From positions 1,366,001-1,430,000 of the forward strand of contig NC_045698.1 in assembly GCF_009834535.1 (NCBI RefSeq): a stretch of 64,000 bases of DNA. The letters are read 5' to 3'. The position numbers were made by a program, and so were the translations under genes. The notes under the pieces are model-generated. The model ran no database searches, was not told the DNA's origin, and was given only the letters and a program-made list of their open reading frames with translations. Positions 22,251 through 36,000 of this stretch are shown here, in pieces. The first letter of the stretch is position 1; every line of letters begins with the position of its first letter. Source of the DNA: Camelus ferus. Its lineage: Eukaryota.

Positions 22251-25200
22251 TAGCTGCTTTCCCCTAGGGGTGCTGGGCTGAGCCCTCGTGGGGGGTCCTC
22301 CAACCTGGTGATGAGGGTTTGGGGCTGGCTGGGGATAAAGGCCGTGAAGGTAGGACCCGGAGCATCACCCGCCTTCCTGGACCACGTGGGGAGCAGGCCT
22401 GCCGGCCCAGGTAGCAGGTGCCGCGGAGGTGCGGTCTGTCCCTCGTGTGGCTGGTGGGCGTCCCAGCGCCCAGTTTCTTTGTCTCCCGTGCGCCTTCCTG
22501 GCCACGCAGGTGGAGGATTTCTCCTTCTGTCCTCGGAGGCTTTCCTTAACCCTGCGTTAGCTGTGTGCCCCTCTCTCTGTTTTCCGGGGGCTGGATGTCT
22601 CTCTTCTCCTGTGAGGTAATGAGGGAGGGAGGGAGGGAGGGAGGGAGGGGGCGCTGAGGGGACTCACCAGATCCCCACGGGGGAGCCGGCTGTGCAATCC
22701 CGGACAGTTTCTCCTTTTGCTCCTTCCACTAGTTTTGTTTTTAACAAGAAGAGAGAGTGGAGAGAGACTGCTCTGGGAGGGAGGGCGTGGCTCCCACCTG
22801 GAGCTCGCAGAGAGGCCAGATTTCAAGGTCCTCCTGAACGGCCCACCTCTTGCTTCCTCACCACGCCCCCCGCCTCCTGATCCCAGGACGTGACCTGCTG
22901 CGATGGGATAATGTCCCTGCTTTTAAGGGGAAGAGCTGGGGTTGGCACAGAGACTAAGTGGAGATGGGCAAGGTCGGCGGTCTGGGACCCAAGGCAAAGC
23001 CGCGCTCCACATGCCCGCCCTGCTGTGGAAGCCGGGGGTCTCGGCGCCCGCACCTGGTTCTCCTCCACGTGAGCTGCGGAGTGTCCTAAGAACACATCTC
23101 GCGTGACTTCTCTTCTGGACTCTGGCCTGGTCCCGCCTGGGGAGGGGGACCGTGGCAGACCGTCCCCCGGGCAGAGCTGAGCCTGGGGGCCTGCTGGGCT
23201 GGGAGCTCAAGCTGCAGGGCAGAGCGGTCAGCAGCTCCTGCTTCAGCCCCAGGCAGACTCCGGGGGGGTGAGGCGGAGCCCAGGCCAGGAGAGCGGAGTG
23301 AGGCGCTCCGGACGGCGCAGCCCGCACACCAGCCATCAGGACCCCGGCCTCTGCTGTCCCTTGAGCAGCGGTTCTGAGACCAGCCTGGAGCGGAGGACAC
23401 AGGTCACCTCACCGAGCGAGGGGGCAGCCAGTGCAAGCACGCCCTGCGTGGGAGCAGAAGCGGGGACCCAGACTGAGACCAGGGCAGATGGGCAGATGGG
23501 CAGAGGGCAGGGCAGGCCGGTCTTGGCGCCAGGGGCCTGCGGGGCCCCAGGCAGCCTGGAGAGCAGGCGTGACTCCCAGCCTGCAGGGTCCACGCCTGCT
23601 GACCCCGTCCCTCCCCGCGGAGCCTGGTCCAGGCATACGGGCGGGGCTGGATGCCCCATGGGCCTGACGACACAGAGCAGGTCTGGCCCCTCAGCAGGAG
23701 CCTCAGAGAGGAGGGCAGGGGGCACTTGGCCGCTTCTCAACACTGGCATGTCATGGAGGCCCCCCCCAACCAGAGAGGGCCCGGGGGGCGATGGGTGGGG
23801 ACCATGTGACAGAGGCGGCCCCACGGGGCTGAGGTTTTCCAAGCAAAGGGCAGCGGTGGGCATGGGGGGCTCCTCTGCCCAGTGGAGGCGGGGTGGCTGC
23901 AAACCCAACCCAGCCCGGACGGTCCTCAGAGAGGCGCCCACTAGGAGTGGGGGAGACGGTGGGTCCCCAGAGCCGCCGCCTGACCCGTGGTGCCCTGCCG
24001 CACAGACCGCCGCCTGAGGAGGCTGGAGCCCTGGGGTCATGGGCGGCCAGGTCAGACGGCAGTGACTCCGTCACAGAGACGTGAACGAGGTCCTGGGGAC
24101 TCACAGCGACAAGTGCTGATCACCAGCTTCTCGAAGCCGGTGAGGGGAACTCCCTGCTGAGATGGTCACGGTGCCGTGCCGGGCGCCAGCAGCTCAGGGG
24201 GGCACCCCTGATCTTGCCGCGGCCCTGTCACCTCCGTTTCTTATTTATCTCCCATCCGCCACCTGCCAGAGACACTGGAGGGGAGGCTCAGAAGTGCGGG
24301 GTAGAAATACCATTTACCTTCTGATGAATAAAAACATCTCCTCCTGGGGGAAGCCCCGTTTTGGACTCCGGGACCTCTCTGCGGGGGCGGCCGCCCCCCT
24401 TCTGTCAGGGCGCTCCCGGCCGGCAGCCTTCATGCCCTCCTGGGGCTGAGGGGGCGGGCAGAGGTCTCTGAAGGCCTGCGACCCCCCAGGGGTGCCAGCT
24501 GTGGATTCAGTCACATCTGGGGGACACTGACACGCGCAGGAGTTTAAAGGACCGTGGTGGGGACCGTGGAGGCACAGAGTGGCCTCCCCCTCCCCCGCCA
24601 GGCGGAGGGTGGTCCCGGGGCTTAGAGGGCAGTACGCCCGGCTGCTCCCGGACCCCCTGGAGGTCCTAAGCAGAGCTGTAAAGCCGGGCTTGCTCTCTGG
24701 TGTTGGGGCAGCGGACGCCTGCGAGTCTGGGACGGCTGCGGTGAGGCGCTGCGGAGGGAGGGTGATGGCCCCGTTCCAGCGTCTGTCATGGACCTGCGGA
24801 CTGGGGGGCCAACTGGATGGCTCGAGAGGTGGGTCCACAAACACGGCGCAGGGGCAGGCCCTCAGCAGGAGCCTGCGAGCTGGGAATTCCTCCTGAAAAA
24901 GCCTCCTGGACTGGGCAGCTCCGCCACGGAGAAGGGGAGAGGCAGCTGGGGGGGGGGTAGGCGGGCGGGGTCGGCCTCATCCTCAGCGGTCCCGCGGTGG
25001 TGCAGAGTGGCCGCAGTCACTGTTTGATGGGGGATGAATTTTGCGAGGTGACAACGTCCTGCTCTGCTCGTTTCAGGGCTGGTCATTAAAAATGAAGCAG
25101 GACACAAAGAGGCCCGGAGGCCCTGCCTTCCCTCCAGATACAGGAGCGAGCGAGTCTGTGACTTGTCACCAGCAACACCCATTTGTGTTTGCTCTGCAAA

Positions 25201-26248
25201 CCCGGCGAGTGGCCTCCCGGCCAGAGCCAAGGGCGCCAGGCCAGAGACATCGAGGGCCTTGGCAGTGTCCTAGGCAGCGGGGGGCGGGGCTGTGGGGGGC
25301 CTGGGACGGAGGCGGGAAAAGCATCGCCCTCGGCTCCTCGGAGGGCCTGCGCCGAGCACCCTAGGAGAGGAGATGGTCACCCGGTGCCACATGATGGGCA
25401 CTTCGGCTGTGCGTTAGGGTTTTTTCTTTTAATAATACATGGATGTGAGCAGCTTGGGCATGCCAAACAAATTCTCTCCACGAAAAGTCAACTGTCGGAA
25501 CGAGGCGCATCTGTCTGGCCAAGTGCACTCAGGTAGAACGTCCCCGCCAGCCGCGCGGCTCGGGGAAGGGAGCCCCACCTGTCGGCTCATAAATGTTTAG
25601 TGAGCGGCCCTCCCGCAGCTGCGGGGCCGCGCTGCGATCAGCTCCTCCAGGAGGCTGTGGGGGGGCTTCCGTGCCACCACCGACCCGCAGGAATTTCTGC
25701 TGCAGGCTCGGCGTGGAAACGGCTGGCGAGGACCCGGAGCCCGAGAGCAGCGCCACTCGTTGGCTCACGACCAGCTTTTCTGCGTCTTAGTCTTTGCCGT
25801 CCTTGTCCTGGAAGAGGAGACGTCACCCCATGTGGGGTTCTGATGTGTTCCTCGGTCAGTGATTCCAAAGAGCGAGGTTGGTTTGCCAACTCTTCCAAGG
25901 GCAGCTTCAGAAAACTGCAGTCAGGGCTTCGGTGTAGAAACGTGACCTGTGGAGGTGAGATGCCACCGCCTGCCTGGGGGCCCCCGAGACCAGACCCGCT
26001 GAAGCCCTGGTCCAGCCCACATTTCTCTGGTCCCCAGACACGTACAAGGAGTGCAGAGGGGACATTTGGAAGCCGTGAAAACTTGCACCTGCGCCCTAGT
26101 GAGCTTCACGGCACAAGGACGGCTCCCGTGGGCCTCATGGTCATTGCCTAGAGGGAAAGGACGGCGAGAGCTCCGTCCTGAAAGTCAGGTTGGAGACGCG
26201 GAGAGGTGAGCAGGGCGGTGACTGGCTAGAGAGGTGGGAGCTGTTGCC

Positions 26249-26448
26249 TTTTTTCTTTCTTCTTTTTAAAGCAGAGTTGACTCACAGCGCTGCGCTCAGG
26301 CGGACAGCACGGTGATTCAGTTACACACACGTGTGCATATGTTCCTTCTCAGAGCCTTTTTGATTACAGGCCATTACAAGGTATGGAACATAGTTCCCTG
26401 CACGACACTGTAAGGCCTTGTTGTCCATCTGCTTCATATATGGGAGCG
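26249..26448 (-). mobile_element. 5'-truncated L1 3' end, same family as 28012-28363 and 38646-39043
   Basis: T tail, then agttgactcacagc...cagcacggtgattcagttac...ccattacaagg...atagttccctg...aggccttgttg; aligns by eye to the reverse complement of 28190-28355. Confidence 0.8.
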
Positions 26449-26644
26449 ATTTTAAACGCCTTCTCTTGACCGGGATCGGGACAGGCAGAGTAGAAGGACC
26501 GAGTGCCCTCTGGTCCAGTGGCTCTCAGGTGTGTTTGGACCCTGGGTCCGCGAAGAGCGCCCTCCCACACTTGGGCACCTCTGCCAGGCTGCCTGCTTCT
26601 GCTGATGCGCACAGATGTTTCACAGCCCTGACTCGGTTTCAGAG

Positions 26645-26705
26645 CTCATTTTCAGATGCAGAAATGGGTCCTGGGAGAGACGGCGCACTGACCAGGGCCC
26701 GAGGC
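26645..26705 (-). mobile_element. MIR core fragment
   Basis: ctcattttcagatgcagaaatggg resembles cccattttacagatgaggaaactgag. Confidence 0.4.
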
Positions 26706-27684
26706 TTCCCATCCAGGCGTCGGGGGTTGCCTGCGTCCCAGTCAAGTTACGCTGACACAACCACCCAGTTGTGGACAAGGCTGAGCCCTGATGGGCTGAA
26801 GGGGAAACTCCTCGTGTCTCCACATCCATGAGTTCGGGGCCCTTTTTAAAATTCCTCTGTTTTGCGTTCCTTTCTTTCTTGTTTTTGCAGATGCAGCAGG
26901 CACCCCCAGGGCTCTGCCTGGAGAGCTAGACCCCAACATGGAGGCCTGTCTGGACAAGAGATGGGACAATGGGGGCTCAGGACCCCCAAGACTGTCTCTC
27001 CCCAGAACTGGCCACGCTCACGCCTGCAGCCAGCCCCTTTGTCCCTCTGTAAGTGCTTCTGTCCCGTCAAACAGACGAGCGAGATCTGCACCGGCACCTG
27101 ACTTCACGAAGGAGATCTGGAGTGGTTTTCCTCTCGTTTCCTGGCTCACATGGCTGAGCTGGATCCCAGAGGTGCCGGTGCTCAGCAGGAAATGACCCCG
27201 CCATCTATCCAGGCCAGGGAGGGGGCAGACGGCACTGCTCACCTGTCCTCATCCACCTGGGCGGCCAGCCACCTCGCAGGCAGTGCTGGTTGTTCTGGAC
27301 CCTGAGAAACACCCCATGCTGCCTCTCAGAAGCTGACTGGGGCCCCACAAGTCTCAGCATCCATGCAGGGTGTGCCCGCCACACTGAGGCGGCTGCGGTA
27401 TGCTGGCCGTGGACGCACACTGGGAGCCTAGTGGCCTTCTCTCAGGCAGGTGTCTGGCCCCTCCCGGCCTGCACCTGGACACACTTTAGAGAAACAGGAG
27501 CTGCAGCTCCCAGGCCAGGCTCCCTTGGCTACTCAGTGAGATGCCCTCTGTGTGCATTCAGGTCTATCCACCCCTGCAGCCCACCTGCCCAGCGCCAGGC
27601 GGTCTCCATCCTGGAGTGAGCGAGCCTGCCTTGCACAGGGGTCCTGCCAAACACCGGGAGCAACTGTTGACAAAGTTCACTGTT

Positions 27685-28376
27685 AAAAGCAGGTAGCTTA
27701 CTTCACTTAGCATGACCGACTCCAGGTGCATTCGTGTTGCTCCAAATAGCATTATTTTATTCTTTTTTATGACTGAGTAGTATTCCATTGTATAAATAGA
27801 CCACATCTTCTTTATCCAGTCATCTGTTGATGGACAGTTAAGTTGTTTCCATGCCATGGCTACTGTAAGTAGTGCTGCTGTGAACATTGGGGTGCATGTG
27901 TCTTCTCAAGTTAGATATATGCCCAGAGGTGGGATTGCTGGATTATATGGTAAGTCTATTTTTAGTTTTTTAAGGAATCTGCACACTGTTTTCCATAATG
28001 GCTGCACCAAACCATGATAGCACTTACATTTAGAATCTAAAAAAGACACAAATGAACTTATTTACAAAAATCAGGGACAGACCCACAGACACAGAAAACA
28101 AAATTATGGTTACCAAGAGGGAAAGGGGTGGGAAGGGATAAATTGGGAGTTCAAGATGGGCAGATACTAACTACTACGTATAAAATAAACAACAAGGTCC
28201 TGCTGTAAAGCACAGGGAACTACATTCAATACCTCGTAATAGCTTATAGTGAAAAAGAATGTGAAAAAGAGTATGTGTGCATATATGTCTACAACTGACT
28301 CACTGTGCTGTGCACCAGAAACTAACGCACCATTGTGAATCAACTAAACTTCAATCATTTATAAAAAGCAGGCAGC
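27685..28376 (+). mobile_element. 5'-truncated, 5'-inverted L1 insertion with target-site duplication
   Basis: 27698-28011 is antisense L1 and encodes the ORF2 C-terminus ([46 protein letters not shown]..., ORF 27564..27887 minus). 28012-28363 is sense 3' UTR. TSD AAAAGCAGG(T/C)AGC at 27685-27697 and 28364-28376. Confidence 0.92.
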
Positions 28377-29914
28377 CACAAATAGATGAAGTTTGACCTG
28401 CTTTCCCCCATGTGCTGTCCCCTCAAGCTGAGTCTGAGTGTGTGGGGCCGTGGCGGCCTCGGGGGGCGTCTGCAGAGGGTGAGAAGCCCCCAGAAGGAAG
28501 CTTCTGGAGTTAGAGCATCTCTCCTCGTCACCAACCAGGGAGGGTAGAAGGAGGTGTCAGGGACTCCTCATGAAAAGTGAGGCCTTAAGCACTGATCCTG
28601 GGAATTCTAGAATGGCTCATTTATTTTATCTGTTTCAGACAAAACCTGTCCAGAATTGGTCCAAGGATGGGGCCGGTTAGGGAGGGATGTTGGTGAGAGG
28701 CAGCTTGAATGAGATTTCCAGCAAGTAGGGGGACAAGGATGGTCCCACCGCAGAACTAGGGGGCTGGGGCAACCTGTGTTATTGGATCCCAAGCTGAGGA
28801 GAAAATTCCAATGGGTCTGAAAATCCGTCCACAGAATATCTCCATCCATGTTACTGTTAATGTTTTTTAATTATTGACTCGTGAACTGTTAACACCTCTG
28901 GTGGAAAAGACTCGTCAGTGGAAGACACTCACTCTGCCAATTCCCGTCCACGCATCCGCCCTTCGCTCCGGTTTCATTCGCTGGGGCCACGTTCACGCCG
29001 GCTGCGGTCCCGGGCTCTCCATCCTTAGTCAGTGGCCGGGTCTTCACCACAAACACACAGACACGCTTCTGCAAAGTGTAAGGGAGGAAATGGGCACCCA
29101 CAAACACGAGTCCTTTGGGTTTACTTGTGGCAGACACGGTGGGGGGCCCCTGACCCCTCTCCTACGGAGGGGCAGACGCTGCTTAATTTTGGGTGCAGGT
29201 GGCTGCTCTTTGAAGGTCAGCAAACGCACCCTCTGACCCTCCCAGGTGTTTTTACATGAAAATCCTAGCGTGTGTGTCTTGCATTCAGGGTCGGAGGCGC
29301 CCCAGGCCGGGACCATGGGTGTTAATCACTGAGCTGTGCTGTTCACGTCCTGGGCTGGGGTACCCTCCACGTCCTTCTGAGACGCTTAGGACGTTCAGGT
29401 GCAGATTCAACAAATGACACCACTTACAGAGGATTCTTTGGAAAACAAGGATTTTTAAACACTTCACTAACTCGAATGCCAGGCTCAGTCATATGGCGAC
29501 ACTTACAGGCTTGCCTCCTTGTTACCCTCTCCAGGACGTGCTAACGAAGTCTACTTTCAGTCAGCGGTTGTGCCTTGCACGTGCTGTGGTCCAGGGTTGC
29601 CCCGGTGCCCATCCCGGCCAGCCGGCGCTCCAGGAACTGGCTCCACAGTCCTCAGCGTGCACCGCACACAGCGAGGAAGCATCCCTCAGGAAAACTGCCG
29701 GATTTTGTCTCCGACTTACTCAAGTTATGACAATGACAAGGTAAAGCTGTGAGAGGCTAAAACCAAGGAAGCAGGTCATGCTGCCCCCAAGGCTCTGAGC
29801 TCTGCACGCCCCCGCCCTCCCCCTCCACCTTGGGAGCCTTAATCTGCACCAGTGAGTGGCCGGCGGGGAGAATCGGGGCTTCCTGACCGTTTCCTTTAAG
29901 CGTTGCATCTCATC

Positions 29915-30242
29915 TGTTACAGAGAAAGTCTCCCGATGCTTGTCAGCAGTGGCGAGAAAGACAATTCAAGGCTATTGCAATAGGAGACTGAGAGCAACTT
30001 CAACTCTGAATGAAACAGGAAGCCTGGAGATTTACAACCAAGACAGAGGATGAGGAAGAGGTGGAAAATTACTAAGAAGAACCTGACTAGCAGTGAGAGT
30101 CGGAGGAAGAGGAGCCCTAGTTGATGTCAAGGGTCCAGGTTCTTGGTGAACTGCTGGCAGGGTTCTGTGCCAAGACCGGGCTCTTCAGGCCAAGGTCGGG
30201 CCTGGTGGAGGGAGGCCTCGGGAGCTGGCAGGAGTTTGGTCA
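29915..30242 (-). mobile_element. ERV1-type solo LTR remnant (MER31/MER67-like)
   Basis: TG...CA ends; motifs ggctattgcaatagg, ggaaaattactaaga, ccaaggtcgggcct and agtttggtca match my recalled MER31-type LTR. Confidence 0.6.
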
Positions 30243-31899
30243 GTAGTCCTGGTCACACTGTGAGCACGCAGCAGAGATTTTACGCCTTCAGGCCTGCTGT
30301 CCAGGACTGTCAGCATCACCCCCTTTCGCTCTCAGAAGACGTGATTCTACACTCACCAGGCCCCGAGTGGGATTCCACAGGCCCAGAGCCGCAGGCGGCT
30401 CCCTTTGGGCCAGGAGGCCTCCCCGGGTTGCCACGGAGACCCACTATCCAAAGGGAGTTGCTCCACCTGCTCCGGCCGGCTCGCAGGGTCCACTTCCATT
30501 CCATTAACTCGCACAGTAGACTCTGGAAATCCAGGGGGATACTTTGAAAAGAAGAGGAACCTAAGCTTTTGTCAGAACAGAGCTGAGAATAAGCCCAAAG
30601 CAGCAGTGGAGACAAACACAGACGTGCACATTTCCCTCTGACTGTGCGGGCGGGACTCAGCGCCACACACGGCGGGAGGCCCAGGGCTTGTAAGATCACT
30701 GCCGGCACGTTCCTGTCTCCTTGTCCGCGTGCAAGGGGGCTTCCTTGGCTGCAGTCAGGGCTTCGCGCCCAGGCTCACGTGGGGGTCACTCCTTTCCCAC
30801 CAACACCTCCCGCCATGCACGGGAGCCTTTGGAACAGAGTCACCTTCTTTCCGATGGCTGCACGGCGCTTCACTGTGTGGAAAAGCGGGTGGACAGGGCC
30901 CCTCATTCTGCTGCCAGCTTGTCGCCAAGAGTGCTGCCTCATACACCTGGTGGGACAGGAGAGAAGGGGGCAGGCACAGCCACTCACAGAACCACACAGC
31001 AACCAGCACCAAGATGGTGGGAGATTCAACTCCCAGCGGGACTGAGGCCCAGGGAAGCGGGAGGTTTGTCTTCCAGAGACTTTGTGCCTCATTATACACT
31101 CATTACAACATGTCAGCTTGGGAAACGGCGCCCCCCCCCCACCAGGTGCCGGGACGGCCCCCAGGCTGACCTTAAAGGGTCAACAAGTCGGTGGGGCCCA
31201 GTTCCTGGGAATCCAGCCCCTTCCCCAAAGTAGCTGGAGTAATCCTCCCACTTGTCAGCAAATGAAGCTCCCGAGCCCACAGGCATAGCAGCCCCGCACC
31301 TGCGCCTGCACCCCGGCCGCTGCCTCCCTCGCCGTGCGAGGGCCCGCACTCTGCCCGTGGACCGCGTGTCTACTTCTGCTTTAAACTAGGCACCTCCTGC
31401 GCCTCATGGCCGTTCTCGTGCCTTCTGAGACAGCCTGCACACCATATCTGAGTAAATTCAAATATACACTTGAAGTCTTTCCTGGGGGAGGCCAAGGACG
31501 CTCACTGGCTGGAGCGTGTCCCAGGGACTCTGCTGGGGCTGGGGACGTGGCCCTCCTCTCTCGCCCCGTTTTCCTGTATCCTCGGCACATTCCGAGTGCT
31601 TGAGTCCATGAGACAGATTCTCAGGAGGAAGGTTCCAGGTCAAAGAATGTGTGTTTCCTTAGTTCTCAGCTGTCACTTTCCAGAAAGGCTTGGAAGCCTC
31701 ACATCTTCCACCAGCAGAGCACCGGCAGTGCCAAGTCCGTCTGCCGGGATGAGAAGCTGGTCTAAAGGAAGGCGTGTGACTTACCCGGGGGACACGGCTT
31801 TGCGGGAAAGGTTTGCATTGGAAGCCACTTTGTCTGCTTGCAAAAAAGTCCATGCTTCCCTCACGTGTCTCCAGAAGTTTCCTGGTCTCCTGCTGCCCC

Positions 31900-32054
31900 T
31901 CCGCTCCCCTCCCTTCTTCCCCTCCTGGCCCTCCCTCCCATCCCTCCTCCTCAGCCCCCACCCCTTCCGTCCCCTCTCCACTTCCCCCCTCCTCAGCCCC
32001 CACCCCTCGCTCCTGCTTAGACGTTCCTGCTTCCTCTCCTTCCCTCCTTCCCAG
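31900..32054 (+). repeat. Polypyrimidine (C/T) low-complexity tract
   Basis: About 150 bp that is mostly C and T. Confidence 0.85.
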
Positions 32055-32779
32055 CAGAGGATGAGCCTCCGGGATTTGATGCTGGAAGTGTCCCCGCCCG
32101 TGGGAAACCCCTCTTCGTTGTCAGCTCTCGTCTCTCCGGTGACCCTCTCTCCCCTTCACTCCACCTCTGCCCCTGTCCTGAGTCACCCCCTTGTCCCCTT
32201 AACCGGTCACAACACGGACTGAGGAGTCAGTTACAGGTAAGCCTGCTCGGTGACTTGTCCTTGTGCGTAAAGCCGGGGAATTGCTTTCACCCTTTGCTGA
32301 AATATAAGTAGCAACAGAGTGAAGATGTAACGCGGCTGTCGTGACTGTGGGTGGACCGTCCAGCTGCCCGTCTACGAGGGTCTGCGGTAGGTCGTGGCTC
32401 CCCAGGACCTCTTTCTACACAGAGACCCTAGTGTCCACAATGGGACTCCGCAGGACTAGACGCGCATCCACATTCCACCTCCAGGAGCCTAAAGCAAGGG
32501 ACACTGGAGCTGTTACACTGGCAGATTTGACTTCCTCCTTCCAGAGCGCTCCCCAGCAGCTCTGCAGCACAGAACCCGACCCCCACCCCAAATCTGGCGG
32601 TGACCGTGACTGCGCAGCCCTGGGTCCGCTGGCCCCAGCCCCGCCCGGGAAGCAGCGGGAACTCCACCGAAGCTGCTCCAGCCTCAGCAGCGTAAGAGCG
32701 ACTTGGCCCCTTGGCTGCTCGTTTCAGGTTTAAGAAGTGGAGGTGGAGCCCACGTCTCCACATTCAAATTCCCTTCTAA

Positions 32780-33020
32780 AAATGGACCTCCGTAATTACA
32801 CGTTAAATATGATTCAAATCTGCAGGGAACTCTGACTCAATGAGCGTGAAAAAATTAATGAAAAGCTTAATTATTATAATAATACCATTAAAATCTAATA
32901 AAGAAAGAAAAAAACTTGATTTCATTCTATTTTAGCTTGGGCATCTAATATCTTTTTCCCCCCTTTAGCAGAACTATAATTAATTTAGACTTGGATTTCA
33001 GAAAAGCTAAATTATATGCT
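32780..33020. promoter_or_regulatory. Candidate enhancer (TAAT-dense island)
   Basis: Several TAATTA/ATTAAT sites and an AP-1 TGACTCA (about 32833) in unique AT-rich sequence. Confidence 0.3.
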
Positions 33021-36000
33021 TTAGCGCTGAAGAACATTCCTCGAAAAGGAAGCAGGCGTGTGAGATACAGCAGACAAGCCGGTACCCGGACGCGACCCCG
33101 CCCCGCCCTGCAGGCAACACCTTGGGGCTGTCACCTCTAGGAGGCCCGGTCCTTTTTTTGCTGTTCCGTATTATGTAAGGGTCGTCAGCTGCTCGGACTC
33201 CTGCCTGAGTCCCCAGGGCTGCAGAGTGCATGCAGGTATTTAAGACTCAAGGTATTAACTCAGTTAGCAGTGATGGAGGGGCGCTGGGGGCTCCGGGTGG
33301 TGGAAGGTCTGTTCCCTGCGGGCCGCCCTCGCCCACCTGCAGGCCCGCGGGACGGCTTGCAGCCCCGAGCTCCAAGGCTGCCACTCCCCGCCTATTTTTC
33401 CAATGAAGGGAGTCTATTTCTTTGTTCATCGGATGTTCTTGGTGAAAACCAAGCAGGAGCCTCTCCCTGAGCGGGGACGTGCGTGGCCGGCCTGAGGCGT
33501 GAGCCCAGGACCCGACGGCGGGAGCACGGCCTCGGCCCCCCGGAGCGGCTTAGACGGCGGCCTTTTCTGTAACAGGCCCCTTGTGGGGCCAGTTCCCTCT
33601 GCAGCCTGTGTCTTTGCCTCCTGTGCTCCCTCCCTTTAGCACCCAGTGCGGCCTGGGGCTTATCTGTCCCACCCGCGTTTACTGGACATGCGCTACGTGG
33701 CGGGTTCCTTCTGAGCCAGCCGGAAGTCGAATGCTAACAGGAATCGCAAGGGTTCAAAGGTAGTTGAAAGGCAATGATTTAGCAGCTTTGGTGCCATTTC
33801 AGCGGCCGAAAAGGCTTGCTCTCCACCCTCAGTACTGATGGAGGCTGCTTTCGTTTTCAGTTAGGACAATAACCGATCACGACGTCCTGTCAGTTCCAGG
33901 TCAGAATTCTTCCTGGAGACGCTTTCTCCACAGCCGCCAAGTCGTTCATCGCCAAGCCCTTTGCTCGAGCCTCCTGGCAGGGTCCATCCTTCCCACCCCA
34001 TCGCTGCCACACGTCAAAACCAGGGCCCCTCCAGGACGGTCAGCCCCTCGAGGAGCGTGGCCTGGCCGGCTCAGGAGCTGCGGCCCAGGGGTCCCAGCGG
34101 GAGAGGCCGTCTGTGCCTGTGCGACCAGGCCTGGGGCCTCTCGGGTCCATAAAGTAACGGTGCAGACAGTAAGTCAGATCTAGCAGACGACCCAGAGGCG
34201 CGCACCCAGGCGCTCCTTCCACAGGTGAGGCAGCGGGAGAGGCAGCCCCCAGCCTCCTGCCCCGGAGCCATGAGTGTAGGAGCTGCTGTCAGCGAGGCCC
34301 CGACCCCGGCCTGCAGACACTCCACCACAAGGTCCTGCAGACGTTTCTAAGAAACCCTCCTGGCCTTTTCCACGTGCACAGCTGAGGCTTCTCAAATTTT
34401 AGTGCTTTTAGCCCAAAGGATTAAGAGGCAGCTCCCTACTGCTGGACCCACCGTTGAGGTCCTTACGAATTTCGCCCTTTAGAGTCCAAACTCATTAGGT
34501 TTGATAATCTGTGTACGATCCAAAGCACAGACAGCCGAGGCTCTCTGTTTATTAGAACCTCAAAGCCAATTCTGAAGCCCAGGGGCTCATCGACATAAGA
34601 ATGCGGAGTAACTGGGGGAGGATTTGTAACCTGATGCCTGGGCCTAGGCCCCGTGCTGCTCAGGGGAGGGCCTGCCAGGGACTTGTTCGCAGAACGTGGG
34701 GTCGCCAGGATCAGAGCTCCTGTCCTTACAAGGTGTCAAACGGATTCAGGAAAACAAAAGAGAAAAAAATTCAACCGACGTGGTTTCCCACCATGACGTT
34801 CTGGAATGCTGCAGCCCCAGTGTTTCGCTTTGTCCAGTTCAGTCACGGGCTCTGCTCCCCTGCGCTACCGCTCGGGAGCTGGGTGCTGAGGTCTCCCGGC
34901 GCGAACCCAGCCTGGCTGTGGGAGAGCGCCCGTCGCTAGGGATCCGCGTGTGGGCAGGCGCGTGCATGCCAACGTGTACAGGGGCGCACGCATACGCAAA
35001 GCTGATTGCTGTTTCATTTTTCAGTTTATTAGGTAGAATTGTTACAATTTGATGGCACATAGACAATATATTGAATGTAAACACAGGCACACAATATACT
35101 GCACTTTTTTTTCATTTACGTACGTGTACTGTTGACTGTTTCTAAGAACAGTTTAGAGCTTTAGCTTTCTAAACTTCCTGTCATCAAAGGACTCAAAGCT
35201 GAATTTAATGACTGGTTCTGACACATCGCACCGGTTGTTTGGGGAAAAGTAATGGGAAAACCAAGTTATGGATTCTGGCAAATGACTCGAACATTCGGGG
35301 TTTAGGAAAGCACCACGAGAGACCCAGCCCCTGCCCCTTGTGCCTCTGGTGCACCTCGGGGAGAAGCGTGGGCCACGGCGTCGGCGCTGATCCACACCTG
35401 TCGTCGGCTTACCTGGGAGGAGGTGCTGCTGCCCAGGCAGCCTCTAACTATCCGTCCAGCTTTGGGAAAAGGAGGCTGTGACTGAAGAGGAAAGGACGTG
35501 GAGGCCTCAGGACACTCAAGTGCTGTGAGGCAGAAGTGCACGGTCACCGACGGTGCTTAACTGTCGACGGCGATTCACCAGCCAGAAGAGAGGGCTCCAG
35601 ACGCAGCCTCTTCCACGATCTACACAGCGGGTGGCAAAGGGCCTGTTCAACGCCTTTACGAGAAGTTTCCTTCAGCCTGTTAGGGGGAGGCGCGCAGAAC
35701 GCGCGGGGGCTTTCTCTCCCTTCTGACGCGGGTTATGCAGGGAAATAAGCAGTGCGGTACGAGCAGCCTCCCCTCCCCTTCATTTTCGCCATCCTTTGCC
35801 TTTGCACCGAGACGAAGGACAGGACAGACACCAGCAGTGGACCCTTCGCTCCACTGGAGTCCAGGTGGGGCTTCGGTGCCTGCCGGGAACGTGGCCAAGG
35901 CTGAAGGTTTTGCAGTTCCAGCTCGGAAGTGGCCACATCCGTCTTCTCCTCCTAATACAGAGGCCATGGACGCCAGCCGAGCTCGGACACCTCAGGGATG

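Noticed and set aside
23268..24040. Overlapping 249-aa and 234-aa ORFs on opposite strands
   Set aside because: Stop-poor GC-rich DNA with Pro/Gly/Arg/Ala composition, no recognisable domain, and open in several frames.
27564..27887. ORF with real protein similarity
   Set aside because: It is the C-terminal fragment of L1 ORF2 within a truncated insertion, not a gene.
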